From: Gammaproteobacteria bacterium
Lineage (GTDB): Bacteria; Pseudomonadota; Gammaproteobacteria; Steroidobacterales; PWYM01
Reading direction: 5' to 3'
Assembly: GCA_007693855.1 (NCBI GenBank)
Contig: RECU01000035.1
Span: 11,600 to 75,599, forward strand
DNA: 64,000 nucleotides
A program made the position numbers and the translations under genes. The notes beneath the pieces are model-generated. The model did no database searches. It saw only the letters and a program-made list of their open reading frames with translations, and was not told where the DNA came from. The number at the start of each line of letters is the position of its first letter. Position 1 is the stretch's first letter. Positions 9,177 to 18,439 of the stretch are shown here, piece after piece.

Positions 9177-10633
9177 GGCAGGATCCCCGGCGGCAGCCCG
9201 CGCTCGAGCAGAGCCAGCACCGGCGCAGGCGCAAGCCCCGCGGCGAGTGCGCCGAGGGCGAGCAGCAGCGCGACGACGCCACTCCAGTGCAGCCCCGTGG
9301 CCGAGGGGGGTGACCCGTCGTCAGCCGCTTGCGCGGTGGCCGGGCGGGCACACAGCACGGCCAGCGGCCGGAACAGATAGGCGGCGGCCAGCAGCCCGCC
9401 GGCAAGAATCACCGCCAGCCACAGCCAGCCGTCGATCGCCCAGGCGGCCTGCAGCATCAGCCACTTCGAGACGAAGCCGCCGCTCGGGGGCAGGCCGAGG
9501 ATGCTGACGCCGGCCAGCGCGAGGGTGAGCGTGTCCAGCGGCAGGCGCCGGTCCGCCCCCGCGAGCCGGTCGAGACGGTCGGTGCCCATCACCGCGAGGA
9601 TGTTGCTCACCGCCAGGAACATCGCGGCCTTCGCCAGGCCGTGGCTCAGCAGGTGGTAGCTGGCGGCGCTGTAGCCGAGCGGGCCGAGCAGCGGGAACAG
9701 CAGCATCAGATAACCCAGCTGTGCCACCGTCGAATAGGCCACCATCATCTTCAGCCGGACCTGCAGGAACGCGAGTACCGAGCCATAGAGGATCGCGCCC
9801 GCGCCAAGCAGCCCGAGCAGGGGCAGCGCCCATGCGGGCTGCCAGTCGGCCGCCAGCCACAACCACAGTCGCCAGATGAGATAGACCGAGACCTTCACCA
9901 CCATCGCCGAGAGCACGGCGCTGACCGGGCCCGGCGCATTGCCATGCGCTGCCGGCAGCCAGCCATGCAGCGGGAAGATCGCCGATTTCACCAGCAGCCC
10001 CATCGTCATCAACACCAGGGCCGTGACCGGCAGCAGCCCAGGCCCCAGCCGTTCGCCGGCCTGGTAGAGATCGAGGGTGCCGGCCTGGCCGTAGATCAGG
10101 GCGACGCCGAGCAGGTAGAACAGCGAGCCCAGCAGGGCCAGCAGCAGATAGCGCATGGCGGCGCGCAGGGCGGCCGGCTTGCCGTCGATCACCAGCAGCC
10201 CGATGGCCGCCAGCGTGACCAGCTCCAGGGTGACGAACAGGTTGAACAGATCAGCCGAGAGCAGCAGCGCATTCATCGCCGAGGTCAGCAGCAGCCACAG
10301 CGCCCAGAAGCGCCCGCCGCGCGCGCTGCCCGGCGGATAGTCACGCGCGGCATACAGGCCGACGAATACCGCGATCAGCGCGTTCAGCCAGAGCACCACC
10401 AGCGCGAGCGCATCCACGCGCCACTCGATGCCGAGCGGGCTGGCGAAGCCGGCCACCGCCAGGCGCACCAGGCCCTCGCGCCAGACCGCCTCGGTCAGCG
10501 GCAGCAACAACGCCGGCAGCGGCAGCAGCCCGCTCCAGACGAACACGCCGACGGCCCGCTTCGGCACCACCGCGACCGCGCAGGCGGCCAGCAGCGGCAG
10601 GAACACCAGCCCGGCCAGCGCCTCAGCGATCAT
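9173..10633 (-). CDS. mrpD: Mrp antiporter subunit D-like (NuoM/N-like proton-conducting transporter)
   Basis: 486 aa, containing 'LLVKSAIFPLHGWLPAAHGNAPGPVSAVLSAMVVKVSVY'. Overlaps mrpC by 11 nt. Confidence 0.85.
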   Translation of the reverse strand: MIAEALAGLVFLPLLAACAVAVVPKRAVGVFVWSGLLPLPALLLPLTEAVWREGLVRLAVAGFASPLGIEWRVDALALVVLWLNALIAVFVGLYAARDYPPGSARGGRFWALWLLLTSAMNALLLSADLFNLFVTLELVTLAAIGLLVIDGKPAALRAAMRYLLLALLGSLFYLLGVALIYGQAGTLDLYQAGERLGPGLLPVTALVLMTMGLLVKSAIFPLHGWLPAAHGNAPGPVSAVLSAMVVKVSVYLIWRLWLWLAADWQPAWALPLLGLLGAGAILYGSVLAFLQVRLKMMVAYSTVAQLGYLMLLFPLLGPLGYSAASYHLLSHGLAKAAMFLAVSNILAVMGTDRLDRLAGADRRLPLDTLTLALAGVSILGLPPSGGFVSKWLMLQAAWAIDGWLWLAVILAGGLLAAAYLFRPLAVLCARPATAQAADDGSPPSATGLHWSGVVALLLALGALAAGLAPAPVLALLERGLPPGILP

Positions 10634-10934
10634 CGTCGGCCTCGTCTTCGAGGCTGGTGGAACCGGTGACCTCGGCCAGCCGGACCAGCAGTGCCAGCGC
10701 GAAGGCGATCGCCGAGATGGCGATGACGATCCCGGTCAGCACCAGCGCCTTGGGCAGGCCGTCGAGGGCGCCATCGATCGGCCCGGCGGCGACCACCAGC
10801 ACGAGGAAGATCGCGCTGCCCATCACCTTGATGGCAATCAGCTGACGCAGCAGGTGCGAGGCGATCAGCAGGCTGTAGAGCCCGATGCCGAACACCGCCG
10901 CCGCCGCGATGACCCAGACCTCCGCGTGGCTCAT
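10623..10934 (-). CDS. mrpC: Mrp antiporter subunit C (NuoK-like)
   Basis: 103 aa with 3 TM helices, containing 'GIGLYSLLIASHLLRQLIAIKVMGSAIFLVLV'. ATGA overlap with mrpB (10931-10934). Confidence 0.85.
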   Translation of the reverse strand: MSHAEVWVIAAAAVFGIGLYSLLIASHLLRQLIAIKVMGSAIFLVLVVAAGPIDGALDGLPKALVLTGIVIAISAIAFALALLVRLAEVTGSTSLEDEADDDR

Positions 10935-11866
10935 CGACGTGGCGTCCCGGTCAGCCCGGCGGAGCCTGCGAACAGCAGCACCAGGGTTGCGCCGATGGAG
11001 ATCATCATCGCCGTCTCGATCAGGTACACCGCCCAGGTGCCCGGGATGGCCAGCAGCGGCTGGCCGAGCGCGAGCATGATGAGCCCGACGCCGCTGAACA
11101 CCACCGTGCCGGCGACCAGCGCAATGCGCAGTCCAACGCCACACAGCGGGGCGGGGTGCAGCCGTCCAGCGAGCATCAGCAGCACGCCGCCGGCGGCCAG
11201 CACGGCGCCGGCCTGGAAGGCGCCTCCCGGCAACTGGCTGCCGGCCTTGAGCAGGTAGATGGCGACCAGCACAGCGAGCGGTGCGAGCACGGCCACCAGC
11301 GCGCCCACCAATGGGGCATCCTGGGCGGGCGGCAGCGGCAGCGCGGCCTTGTCATCGCCCATGACGGCGCGCGAGGCCACATAGGCGGCCAGCAGTACGG
11401 CGACCTCGAGCAGGGTGTCGAGGTTGCGGAAGATCACCAGCACGCCGGTGATCGGATTGCCCAGCCCGGTGGCCGGCAGGGCCTCGGCCAGCGCCTGGCC
11501 GGCCTCGCCACCGGGGCCGATGGCGCCGACGGCGGCCAGCCCGATCATGGCCACCAGCACCGCCGAGAGCAGGCCGACCCCTAGGGCGACGCGCGCCCGC
11601 AGTGGCGAGCGCGGCGCCGGCCGGTTGGCCCCCAGGGCCCGCAGCCGCCAGTAGGCGATCATCAGCAGCGCGCCGGTCACACCGGCGCCGATCGCCGCTT
11701 CCGCCATGGCGAGGTCCGGCGAGCCGAGCCGCGCCCAGGCCAGGGCCATGGTCAGCCCGAAGACGATGAACATGACGATGCCGCGAAACAGCGAGCCGCC
11801 GACCAGCGCCTGCCAGGCAAGCACCACCAGCCCGGTGGCGATCAGCAGGTCGATGGCGAGGCTCAT
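10931..11866 (-). CDS. mrpB: fusion of a DUF4040 (MrpA C-terminal-like) domain and Mrp subunit B (MnhB domain)
   Basis: 311 aa. The N-terminal part 'IATGLVVLAWQALVGGSLFRGIVMFIVFGLTMALAWARLGSPDLAMAEAAIGAGVTG' is DUF4040-like. The middle part 'NPITGVLVIFRNLDTLLEVAVLL' is the MnhB motif. ATGA overlap with mrpG (11863-11866). Confidence 0.8.
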   Translation of the reverse strand: MSLAIDLLIATGLVVLAWQALVGGSLFRGIVMFIVFGLTMALAWARLGSPDLAMAEAAIGAGVTGALLMIAYWRLRALGANRPAPRSPLRARVALGVGLLSAVLVAMIGLAAVGAIGPGGEAGQALAEALPATGLGNPITGVLVIFRNLDTLLEVAVLLAAYVASRAVMGDDKAALPLPPAQDAPLVGALVAVLAPLAVLVAIYLLKAGSQLPGGAFQAGAVLAAGGVLLMLAGRLHPAPLCGVGLRIALVAGTVVFSGVGLIMLALGQPLLAIPGTWAVYLIETAMMISIGATLVLLFAGSAGLTGTPRR

Positions 11867-12180
11867 GGCGTGTCGTCCTGTTCGCCGGGCAGCTCGGGCG
11901 TGTCGTCGGCCAGCGCGCGGCCGGCGATCAGGTGCGCGGACACCGTTGCGGCGAGCATGGCCAGCAACCACACCAGCAGCAGCATGCCGGCGGTCTGCAG
12001 ACTGCCGGCCAGCACGCCCAGGCCGCTGCAGATCAGCAGCAGCCCCACGTTGTCCGCCTTGGTCAGCGCATGCAGCCGTGACAGCGCATCGGGAAAGCGC
12101 AGCAGCCCGACCGTGCCGGCCAGAAAAAAACTGCTGCCGGCGACGAGCAGCAGTGCGGCCAGCCCCTCGAGCGCGTTCAT
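11863..12180 (-). CDS. mrpG: Mrp antiporter subunit G
   Basis: 105 aa. 'GTVGLLRFPDALSRLHALTKADNVGLLL' is the MnhG/PhaG signature. ATGA overlap with mrpF (12177-12180). Confidence 0.8.
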   Translation of the reverse strand: MNALEGLAALLLVAGSSFFLAGTVGLLRFPDALSRLHALTKADNVGLLLICSGLGVLAGSLQTAGMLLLVWLLAMLAATVSAHLIAGRALADDTPELPGEQDDTP

Positions 12181-12476
12181 GACTTCGTCCCGTTCGCACG
12201 CGTCGCCGGCTGTCGACGGGCCGCGCCGCCCTGCACCATGGCGACGAAGGCGATCGAGGTGATGGCGGCGAGCATGACGAACAGCAAGGCGGCCACGCGC
12301 AGCGCCGGGCTGTCCTGCCACTGCGCCAGCAACAGCAGGATGGCGACCGTGGTCGAGCCGAACAGCAAGGCCGAGAGCATCCGGTCGGCTGCGCTCGGTC
12401 CGGTGTATACCCGCCACAGGCCAGCCACCAGGTTCAGCAGCAGGAAGACCACCACGGCTGGCAGGAGCACAGTCAT
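12177..12476 (-). CDS. mrpF: Mrp antiporter subunit F
   Basis: 99 aa with 3 TM helices. 'GPSAADRMLSALLFGSTTVAILLLLA' is MrpF-like. ATGA overlap with mrpE (12473-12476). Confidence 0.8.
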   Translation of the reverse strand: MTVLLPAVVVFLLLNLVAGLWRVYTGPSAADRMLSALLFGSTTVAILLLLAQWQDSPALRVAALLFVMLAAITSIAFVAMVQGGAARRQPATRANGTKS

Positions 12477-12970
12477 CCCAGGCCCTCGATGCGCAGGCCG
12501 AAGAGGCTGGCGATCCGGCGCTCGAGACGCTGCAGCCCCGCTTGCGGCTCCGAGGTGATGGCGTGGACGATCAGTACGTTGTCTTCGGCGAGCAGGTCCG
12601 CGCTGAGGGTGCCGGGCAGCAGGCTCACGGTGCTGACGAGCAGCGTTCGCGGCGGGCCGGCCGGCAGGCGGATCACATGTCGCAGCAGGTGAGGGTCGAT
12701 CGGCAGCCTGGGGTGCCCCGCGCGCCAGGCGACGTCGACCGCACCGCGAATCGATTCGTACACGAAAAAGGCGGCGAATGCGGGGACGGCGAGCCACCGG
12801 ACGGTAAAGCCCTGGGCTGGCGGGAAGGCCGCAGCCACGGCAGCCCCCAGCCCTGCGGCCAGCGCACCGACCAGCAGGTTGCCCGTGCCGTCGACCACCA
12901 GCCACAGCACCAACAGGAGCACGGCGGCGCGCAGGGCGTAGGCCAGTCGACCGCGCTGTAATCCGTCCAT
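12473..12970 (-). CDS. mrpE: Mrp antiporter subunit E
   Basis: 165 aa. 'LPAGPPRTLLVSTVSLLPGTLSADL...LIVHAI' is MnhE-like. The ATG at 12970 lies 2 nt after the upstream SBP stop at 12973-12975. Confidence 0.75.
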   Translation of the reverse strand: MDGLQRGRLAYALRAAVLLLVLWLVVDGTGNLLVGALAAGLGAAVAAAFPPAQGFTVRWLAVPAFAAFFVYESIRGAVDVAWRAGHPRLPIDPHLLRHVIRLPAGPPRTLLVSTVSLLPGTLSADLLAEDNVLIVHAITSEPQAGLQRLERRIASLFGLRIEGLG

Positions 12971-12972
12971 GC

Positions 12973-14025
12973 TCACAGATTCCGAGAAGTCGTCAACGCC
13001 TCCCAGGCGGACAAGGCGCGGGTGAGTTCGGCATCGATGCGCTCGGCGTCTCCGCCGATTTCGCGCACCAGCCGGGCCCGTACCGCAGGGGCACGCTCCT
13101 GCCACGCAGCGCGCTCGGCCTCGTCGGGCCGGTGCACCGATACCCGGCCGCTGGCCACGGCCGCCGCCAGCGCGGCGTCGGTCTGTGCCGCGACCTCGGC
13201 GCGCAGGCGGGTGCGCGTGCCCAGCGCCTCGCGGATCGCCGCCTGTTCGTCGGCCGAGCGCTCCGTCCACCATGCCAGGTTGACCAGGATGACCCCGACC
13301 TCGAAGACATGCGCGGTCAGTGTGAGTTCCGGGGCCTCGTCGACCAGGCCGGCGGCGAGATACATCAGCGTGTTCGAGTCGCCTCCGCGGACCAGGCCGG
13401 TCTGCAGGCTGCTCAACAGGTCGCCATAGGGAATCGGCCGGACATCGGCGGCGAGCGCGGAGAACCACACCCGCGAGCCCAGGGTCGGTTGTGACCGCAC
13501 CGGGTAGCCTGCGAGCGCCGCCGGATGACTGAGCGGCTTCTGGCCGAACAGGTGCAGCCAGCCGGCCTCGGTCCAGTTGAGGATCTTCAGGCCCTGGGCG
13601 GCAAACAAGGGCTCGAAGGCCGCCTGCAGGTGCTCGTCGATGACATGGTCGACCTGGGCCTCGCTCTCGAACAGAAACGGGGCATGCAGCAGCGCGACTT
13701 CGGGGACCAGCCCGGCGACGGCGCTCAGCGGGAAGCCGCCCATCTGGATGCGGCCGCGGCGCACCGACTGGAGGGTGCGCTCGGGGTCGCCCAGCTGTGC
13801 ATGGATGTAGAGCGCGGGTTCGAGGGCCAGCCGCTCATCGGCGGCGAGCGTCTCGGCAAAACGGTGCCACTGCAGCGCCCAGGGGGTGCCCGGCGGTGAG
13901 CTGCCGGTGACCCGGAACGCCGTGGCATCGCCGGACGCCGGGTCAGGGGTGCAGGCTGCGAGCAGCAGCCCCAGCGCCGCGGCCAGGCCGATCAGGCATG
14001 CGTGGGCAGAGGACATCGGGCGCAC
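12973..14025 (-). CDS. DctP-family (TRAP-type) periplasmic solute-binding lipoprotein; no DctQ/DctM partner in the window
   Basis: Lipobox 'LGLLLAAC'. DctP-like blocks are 'YIHAQLGDPERTLQSVRRGRIQMGG', 'LLHAPFLFESEAQVDHV', 'GYPVRSQP' and 'LQTGLVRGGDSN'. Start is uncertain: the GTG at 14025 sits 6 nt after GGAGAG, with alternatives TTG 14031 and ATG 14016. Confidence 0.8.
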   Translation of the reverse strand: MRPMSSAHACLIGLAAALGLLLAACTPDPASGDATAFRVTGSSPPGTPWALQWHRFAETLAADERLALEPALYIHAQLGDPERTLQSVRRGRIQMGGFPLSAVAGLVPEVALLHAPFLFESEAQVDHVIDEHLQAAFEPLFAAQGLKILNWTEAGWLHLFGQKPLSHPAALAGYPVRSQPTLGSRVWFSALAADVRPIPYGDLLSSLQTGLVRGGDSNTLMYLAAGLVDEAPELTLTAHVFEVGVILVNLAWWTERSADEQAAIREALGTRTRLRAEVAAQTDAALAAAVASGRVSVHRPDEAERAAWQERAPAVRARLVREIGGDAERIDAELTRALSAWEALTTSRNL

Positions 14026-14041
14026 GACCAACTCTCCGGGG

Positions 14042-15220
14042 TCAGGGCAGGGCCACGTTGAGCGGATCGTAGGCCATCAGGCCCAAGGTGGCTGCGCTGC
14101 TGTGGCTGCCGGGCTGGAAGCTGGCCTCGTCCGGGGGGACCAGGGCACGGCCATTGTCGGCCGAGAGCCGGGTGACAGTCGAGGCGCGTGCCAACCGGGC
14201 CGCGGTATAGCGCGCCAGCGCTGCGCCCGGCGCCGGCGTCTCGGCGAGCGCGCGCGCCAGCACGGCAGCATCTTCGAGGGCCATCACCGCACCCTGGCCG
14301 AGAAACGGCAGCATCGGGTGGGCCGCATCGCCCAGCAGCGCGCAGCGGGCGACCTGCCAGCGCGGGAGTTCATCGCGCTCGAACAGGCCCCATTTGAACA
14401 GGCGCTCGGCGGGAATGGCCCGGACCACCACCGCCGCGTCCTCATGCCAGTCGCGGAGCTGCTCGAGCAGCTCCGCGTGGGTCGCCGGGGTCGACCAGCT
14501 TTCCTCGGCCCAACGCTCGGTACGCCCGATGCAGGCGACGTTCATCAGCGTGCCGCCGCTCACCGGATAACGCAGCAGCAGATTGCGCGGGCCGACGCTC
14601 ATGCAGGCCGGGATCTCGCGCAGTCGCGCGGGCAGTTGCGCCATGGGTGCCAGTCCGCGCCAGGCCACGTAGCCGGCGAAGCGGGTCTCGGCACGCCCGA
14701 ACAGGGCATCGCGCACGCTCGAGCGCAGCCCGTCGGCGCCGATCAGGACATCGCCCGTCACCGTGCCCGAGCGGGTAAAGCGCACGCGAACCTGCGCCTC
14801 GTCGTTGTGCTCGAGGGCGATGAAGGCATCGTCGAGCGTGAGCGCCTGCGGGTCTGCAGCCTGCACGGCCCGGGCCAGGGCGCCATGCAGGTCTGCCCGG
14901 TGCACGTGGCAGTAGGCGGCGCCGTAGCGTGCCTGCAGCGGCTCGCCGAGTTCGCGCACGGCCAGCTGCTTGCCGGTGAGGCCATCGCGGAGCTCGCTCT
15001 GCGCAGGGATCACCACGTGGGGGGCAAGCGCCGGCCAGAGGCCCAGCGCTTCGAGCACACGGGTGGCATTGGGCGTCAGGGTCAGGCCGGCACCGACTTC
15101 ACCGAGCGTGCTCGAGCGCTCGAACACGCGCACGTGGTGGCCCAGCCGCTGCAGCGCCAGTGCCGCGCTCAGCCCGCCGATGCCGCCGCCGGCGATCAGG
15201 ATACGCAGTGCCGCGCTCAC
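14042..15220 (-). CDS. FAD-dependent aromatic-ring monooxygenase (salicylate/3-hydroxybenzoate hydroxylase-like)
   Basis: 392 aa. Motifs are '[30 protein letters not shown]' and the later '[22 protein letters not shown]'. The GTG start overlaps the upstream stop (GTGA, 15217-15220). Confidence 0.85.
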   Translation of the reverse strand: MSAALRILIAGGGIGGLSAALALQRLGHHVRVFERSSTLGEVGAGLTLTPNATRVLEALGLWPALAPHVVIPAQSELRDGLTGKQLAVRELGEPLQARYGAAYCHVHRADLHGALARAVQAADPQALTLDDAFIALEHNDEAQVRVRFTRSGTVTGDVLIGADGLRSSVRDALFGRAETRFAGYVAWRGLAPMAQLPARLREIPACMSVGPRNLLLRYPVSGGTLMNVACIGRTERWAEESWSTPATHAELLEQLRDWHEDAAVVVRAIPAERLFKWGLFERDELPRWQVARCALLGDAAHPMLPFLGQGAVMALEDAAVLARALAETPAPGAALARYTAARLARASTVTRLSADNGRALVPPDEASFQPGSHSSAATLGLMAYDPLNVALP

Positions 15221-16389
15221 GGCACGCCGCCGAGCGGGACCTGGGCGCTGTCGCTCACCTCGGGGGGCGTCCAGTGGCCGGTCGCAAACCAGTGTTCCAG
15301 TGCCGCCAGCCAGGGTGCGATGTCCAGGCCTTCCGCCTGCAGCCAGTCGTCGTTGTAGTAGCTGTGCTGGTAGCGCTCGCCGCCATCGCAGATCAGCGTG
15401 ACCACGCTGCCCTGGCGCTCCTGGCGTCGGAGCTCGTCGAGCAGCGTCACTGCGCCGATCAGGTTGGTGCCGGTCGAGCCGCCACAGCGCCGGCCCAGCC
15501 AGCGCTCGAGAAACCGCAGCGCCGCCATGCTTGCTGCATCGGGTACCTGGATCATGCGGTCGATGATCGTGGGCAGAAAGCTCGGTTCGACGCGCGGCCT
15601 GCCGATGCCCTCGATGCGCGAGACCGCCTCGGTGGTGACGTGGCAGTCACCGCTGCGGAAGAACTCATGAAACACCGAGCGCTCCGGATCGACCACACAC
15701 AGTTGCGTGGGGTGGCCGGCGAGACACTGGTAGCGCAGGTAGCGGCCGATGGTGGCGGCGGTGCCGCCGGTGCCCGCCGAGACCACCACCCATTGCGGTG
15801 CCGGCGCGGGCTCGCGGGCGAGCTGCGCGAACAGGCTCTCGGCGATGTTGTTGTTGCCGCGCCAGTCGGTGGCCCGCTCGGCATAGGTGAACTGGTCGAG
15901 GAAGTGACCACCGAGCTCGTGCGCCAGTCGCCGCGACTCGGCCTGGATGTCGCCCGCCGGGACCAGTCGGGATTCGCCGCCATAGAAGGCTACGCGCTCG
16001 ATTTTCTGGCGTGACGTGCCTTCGGGCATCACTGCGATGAAGCGCAGACCAAGCAGGCGCGCGAAGTAGGCTTCCGAGACGGCGGTGCTGCCGGAGCTCG
16101 CCTCGATCACCGGCGTGTCGGGGCCGATCCAGCCGTTACACAACGCATAGAGAAACAGCGAACGGGCAAGCCGGTGCTTGAGGCTGCCCGTGGGATGTGT
16201 CGATTCATCCTTGAAATACAGCTGCCAGCCGTCCCAGGCGCTCGGCATGTCCATGCGGATCAGGTGGGTGTCGGCCGAACGGTTGAAGTCGGCTTCTATG
16301 GCACGGATGGCGCCGGCTACCCAGTCGGGGTCGTGGCGCGTGCGCGCGTGGGTGGACGTGCCGGCACTCATGACGCGGGCTGCGCTCAC
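15217..16389 (-). CDS. fold-type-II PLP-dependent enzyme (cysteine synthase / threonine synthase superfamily), specificity unknown
   Basis: 390 aa. '[16 protein letters not shown]' carries the PLP-lysine motif, followed by '[27 protein letters not shown]' and '[15 protein letters not shown]'. Start is either the GTG at 16389 (GTGA overlap with DUF4139) or the ATG at 16371. Confidence 0.8.
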   Translation of the reverse strand: MSAARVMSAGTSTHARTRHDPDWVAGAIRAIEADFNRSADTHLIRMDMPSAWDGWQLYFKDESTHPTGSLKHRLARSLFLYALCNGWIGPDTPVIEASSGSTAVSEAYFARLLGLRFIAVMPEGTSRQKIERVAFYGGESRLVPAGDIQAESRRLAHELGGHFLDQFTYAERATDWRGNNNIAESLFAQLAREPAPAPQWVVVSAGTGGTAATIGRYLRYQCLAGHPTQLCVVDPERSVFHEFFRSGDCHVTTEAVSRIEGIGRPRVEPSFLPTIIDRMIQVPDAASMAALRFLERWLGRRCGGSTGTNLIGAVTLLDELRRQERQGSVVTLICDGGERYQHSYYNDDWLQAEGLDIAPWLAALEHWFATGHWTPPEVSDSAQVPLGGVP

Positions 16390-18008
16390 AGCCCGCGGAT
16401 CGGGCCGACGTCCTGCGGCCAGGTCACGACATAGCCGAAGCGCAGCTCGCTGCGCGCGCCGGCAGCATAGTCCCGATGCCAGGCGACGACGCCACGGCGG
16501 CCGTCGACATCACGCTCGTCGGGCGCCGTGCTCTCGCGCGAGAGCGCGACCTGTATGCGCTCGTCGCGCGGCACCGGCAGCTGGTCGAGGACGCTGAGCC
16601 GGATCGGGCGGTCATGGCCGTTGTGCACCTCGATCACCCACGTGCGGGTGTGACGTTGCTGTCGCCGGACCAGCCCCTCGGTACCGCGCTGGTCCTCGAC
16701 CAGGCGCCGGATGACCTCGATGCGCTGGTCCACGCCGAACGAGAGTTCGAGATCCGCCCCGGGGACCAGGGCCGCGAACGCCCGCTCGCCGACGAAGACC
16801 CCGTCCTGGAACAGCAGCGCGCGGCCTGCCGGCAGCGGGGATTCGCCCGTGTAGGCCGTGGTCGCGTACAGCCAGGCGTGGGGCGAGCGGGCCGGCACGC
16901 TGCGGGCGCCGATCGTCGTGTCGAGCGTCAGGCTCTGCAGCGCATGGCGCTGGCTGGCCGCCCCGGCACGCACGCTGCGCGGGCCGGCCAGTCGCCATTC
17001 GGCAGCGAAGCGGTCGTCGCCGGTGGTGGCCAGTTCAGGGGCGGCAGCGTCGGCCAGTTCGGCGAACGCCGGCTCAGCCATATCGGGCCCGACGGCGCGT
17101 CGCGCCACCGGGACTGCCGGATCGACGATATCGAGGTATCTGGTCCGCAGCTCGGGCAGGCGTCCGCCCAGCGCGGGCCGCGCGGTGGACAGCGTCAACG
17201 CCACCCCGTCCCAGTCCTCGCCCGTGTCCTGGCGGACCTCGGCCTGCTGCAGCAGGCCCATACGGTCCGCCGCGGTGTCCAGGCGCAGTTCATAGACGCT
17301 CTGCCAGCCGGCGTTACCGACCTGGTAGTCCAGCACGAATTCGGCCTCGCCCTCGGCGGGGCTGCGCCAGTGAAGGCTGACGCGATAACTGTCGCGCTCG
17401 CCGCGGCCCAGGTCCTCGAGCTCACGACGCAGGCGAGCGAGTTCCTCATCGATGGTGGCACGTTCGCGCCGGGCTTCGCTCCGGCGTTCATGGAGCGGCG
17501 AGGCGGTGGCTTCCAGGCGCGTGAGCCAATCCTGCCAGCGCTCCGGCTGCAGACCTGCGTCCCCGCCTGGTTCGCGCGCCAGCGCTTCGACGGTCAGCAG
17601 CTGCAGCGCCAGGCTGGAGAGACGGTCATCGATGGCCTGGCGTGCCGCCTCGCGTGCGGCGATGAGCTCGAGCAGACGGCGTTCCTCTTCGCGTACAGCT
17701 TCACGTCCCCGCAGGGGCTGGACATCCACCGCACCCAGCACCAGCCCCTCCGGCCCGCGGGCACGGATGCGCAGGCTGGCGGGATCCATGGTCAGTGGCA
17801 GCCCCTCCAGCAGAATGCGGCCCTCGCCACCCTCGAGCGTGGCGCGCGCGACCCGCGTGACCTGTGCGCGGTCCGGGAACAGGGTCACTGCGCTGATGCG
17901 ACTGTCGAGCACGCCCGGCGACGACGTCGCCGCTGGGGACGGATCCGACCACAGTGCCAGGGCCAGCAGGGCGGTCAGCAGGGAGAGCGGGCGGTGCAGT
18001 GGGGACAT
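16386..18008 (-). CDS. secreted DUF4140/DUF4139 protein (MuiA, mucoidy-inhibitor-like family)
   Basis: Signal peptide '[14 protein letters not shown]'. The N-terminal '[44 protein letters not shown]' is DUF4140-like. A central coiled coil and a C-terminal beta-rich domain follow. The ATG at 18008 is preferred (GAGGA 6 nt upstream); the alternative is 18014. Confidence 0.7.
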   Translation of the reverse strand: MSPLHRPLSLLTALLALALWSDPSPAATSSPGVLDSRISAVTLFPDRAQVTRVARATLEGGEGRILLEGLPLTMDPASLRIRARGPEGLVLGAVDVQPLRGREAVREEERRLLELIAAREAARQAIDDRLSSLALQLLTVEALAREPGGDAGLQPERWQDWLTRLEATASPLHERRSEARRERATIDEELARLRRELEDLGRGERDSYRVSLHWRSPAEGEAEFVLDYQVGNAGWQSVYELRLDTAADRMGLLQQAEVRQDTGEDWDGVALTLSTARPALGGRLPELRTRYLDIVDPAVPVARRAVGPDMAEPAFAELADAAAPELATTGDDRFAAEWRLAGPRSVRAGAASQRHALQSLTLDTTIGARSVPARSPHAWLYATTAYTGESPLPAGRALLFQDGVFVGERAFAALVPGADLELSFGVDQRIEVIRRLVEDQRGTEGLVRRQQRHTRTWVIEVHNGHDRPIRLSVLDQLPVPRDERIQVALSRESTAPDERDVDGRRGVVAWHRDYAAGARSELRFGYVVTWPQDVGPIRGL

Positions 18009-18017
18009 GGGCATTCC

Positions 18018-18431
18018 TCAGTCGCTGTTCCGGGGTGGTGTGCGCAGACGCTTGACCGCACTGCGCGCCCCCTTGCGCTCCAGACGCCGGCGGTTGGCCG
18101 AGCGGGGCGGTCGGGTCGGCCGACGCGGCGCAGGGGGCTGTGCCGCGCGCTCGATCAGAGCGACGAGGCGCGCGCGCGCGTCAGCGCGGTTGGCCGCCTG
18201 GCTGCGTGCGCTGTCGGCCCGAATGCTGATCACCCCCTCGCTGTCGATCCGGCGATCGGGCAGCGCCAGCAGCCGCGCCTTGACCGCTTCGGGCAGCGAG
18301 GACTCCGGCACCGAAAAGCGCAGGCGCACGGCACTCGAGACCTTGTTGACGTTCTGCCCGCCGGGCCCGCGGGCCCGGATGGCGGTGAACTCGAGTTCGG
18401 TGTCGTCCAGGGTCCAGCGGGGCGGTGTCAT
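18018..18431 (-). CDS. arfB: alternative ribosome-rescue factor ArfB (peptidyl-tRNA hydrolase, YaeJ)
   Basis: 137 aa. GGQ motif 'ARGPGGQNVNKVSSAVRL' and a basic C-terminal tail 'RRRLERKGARSAVKRLR'. Confidence 0.9.
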   Translation of the reverse strand: MTPPRWTLDDTELEFTAIRARGPGGQNVNKVSSAVRLRFSVPESSLPEAVKARLLALPDRRIDSEGVISIRADSARSQAANRADARARLVALIERAAQPPAPRRPTRPPRSANRRRLERKGARSAVKRLRTPPRNSD

Positions 18432-18439
18432 GGTGTCGG

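Noticed and set aside
12124-12130. An A7 homopolymer (T7 on the coding strand, Phe-Phe codons) inside mrpG, unusual in this GC-rich context and a possible slippage or phase-variation site.
   Set aside because: Seven bases is short for phase variation. The reading frame is intact, and the run simply encodes 'SSFFL' in a TM helix.
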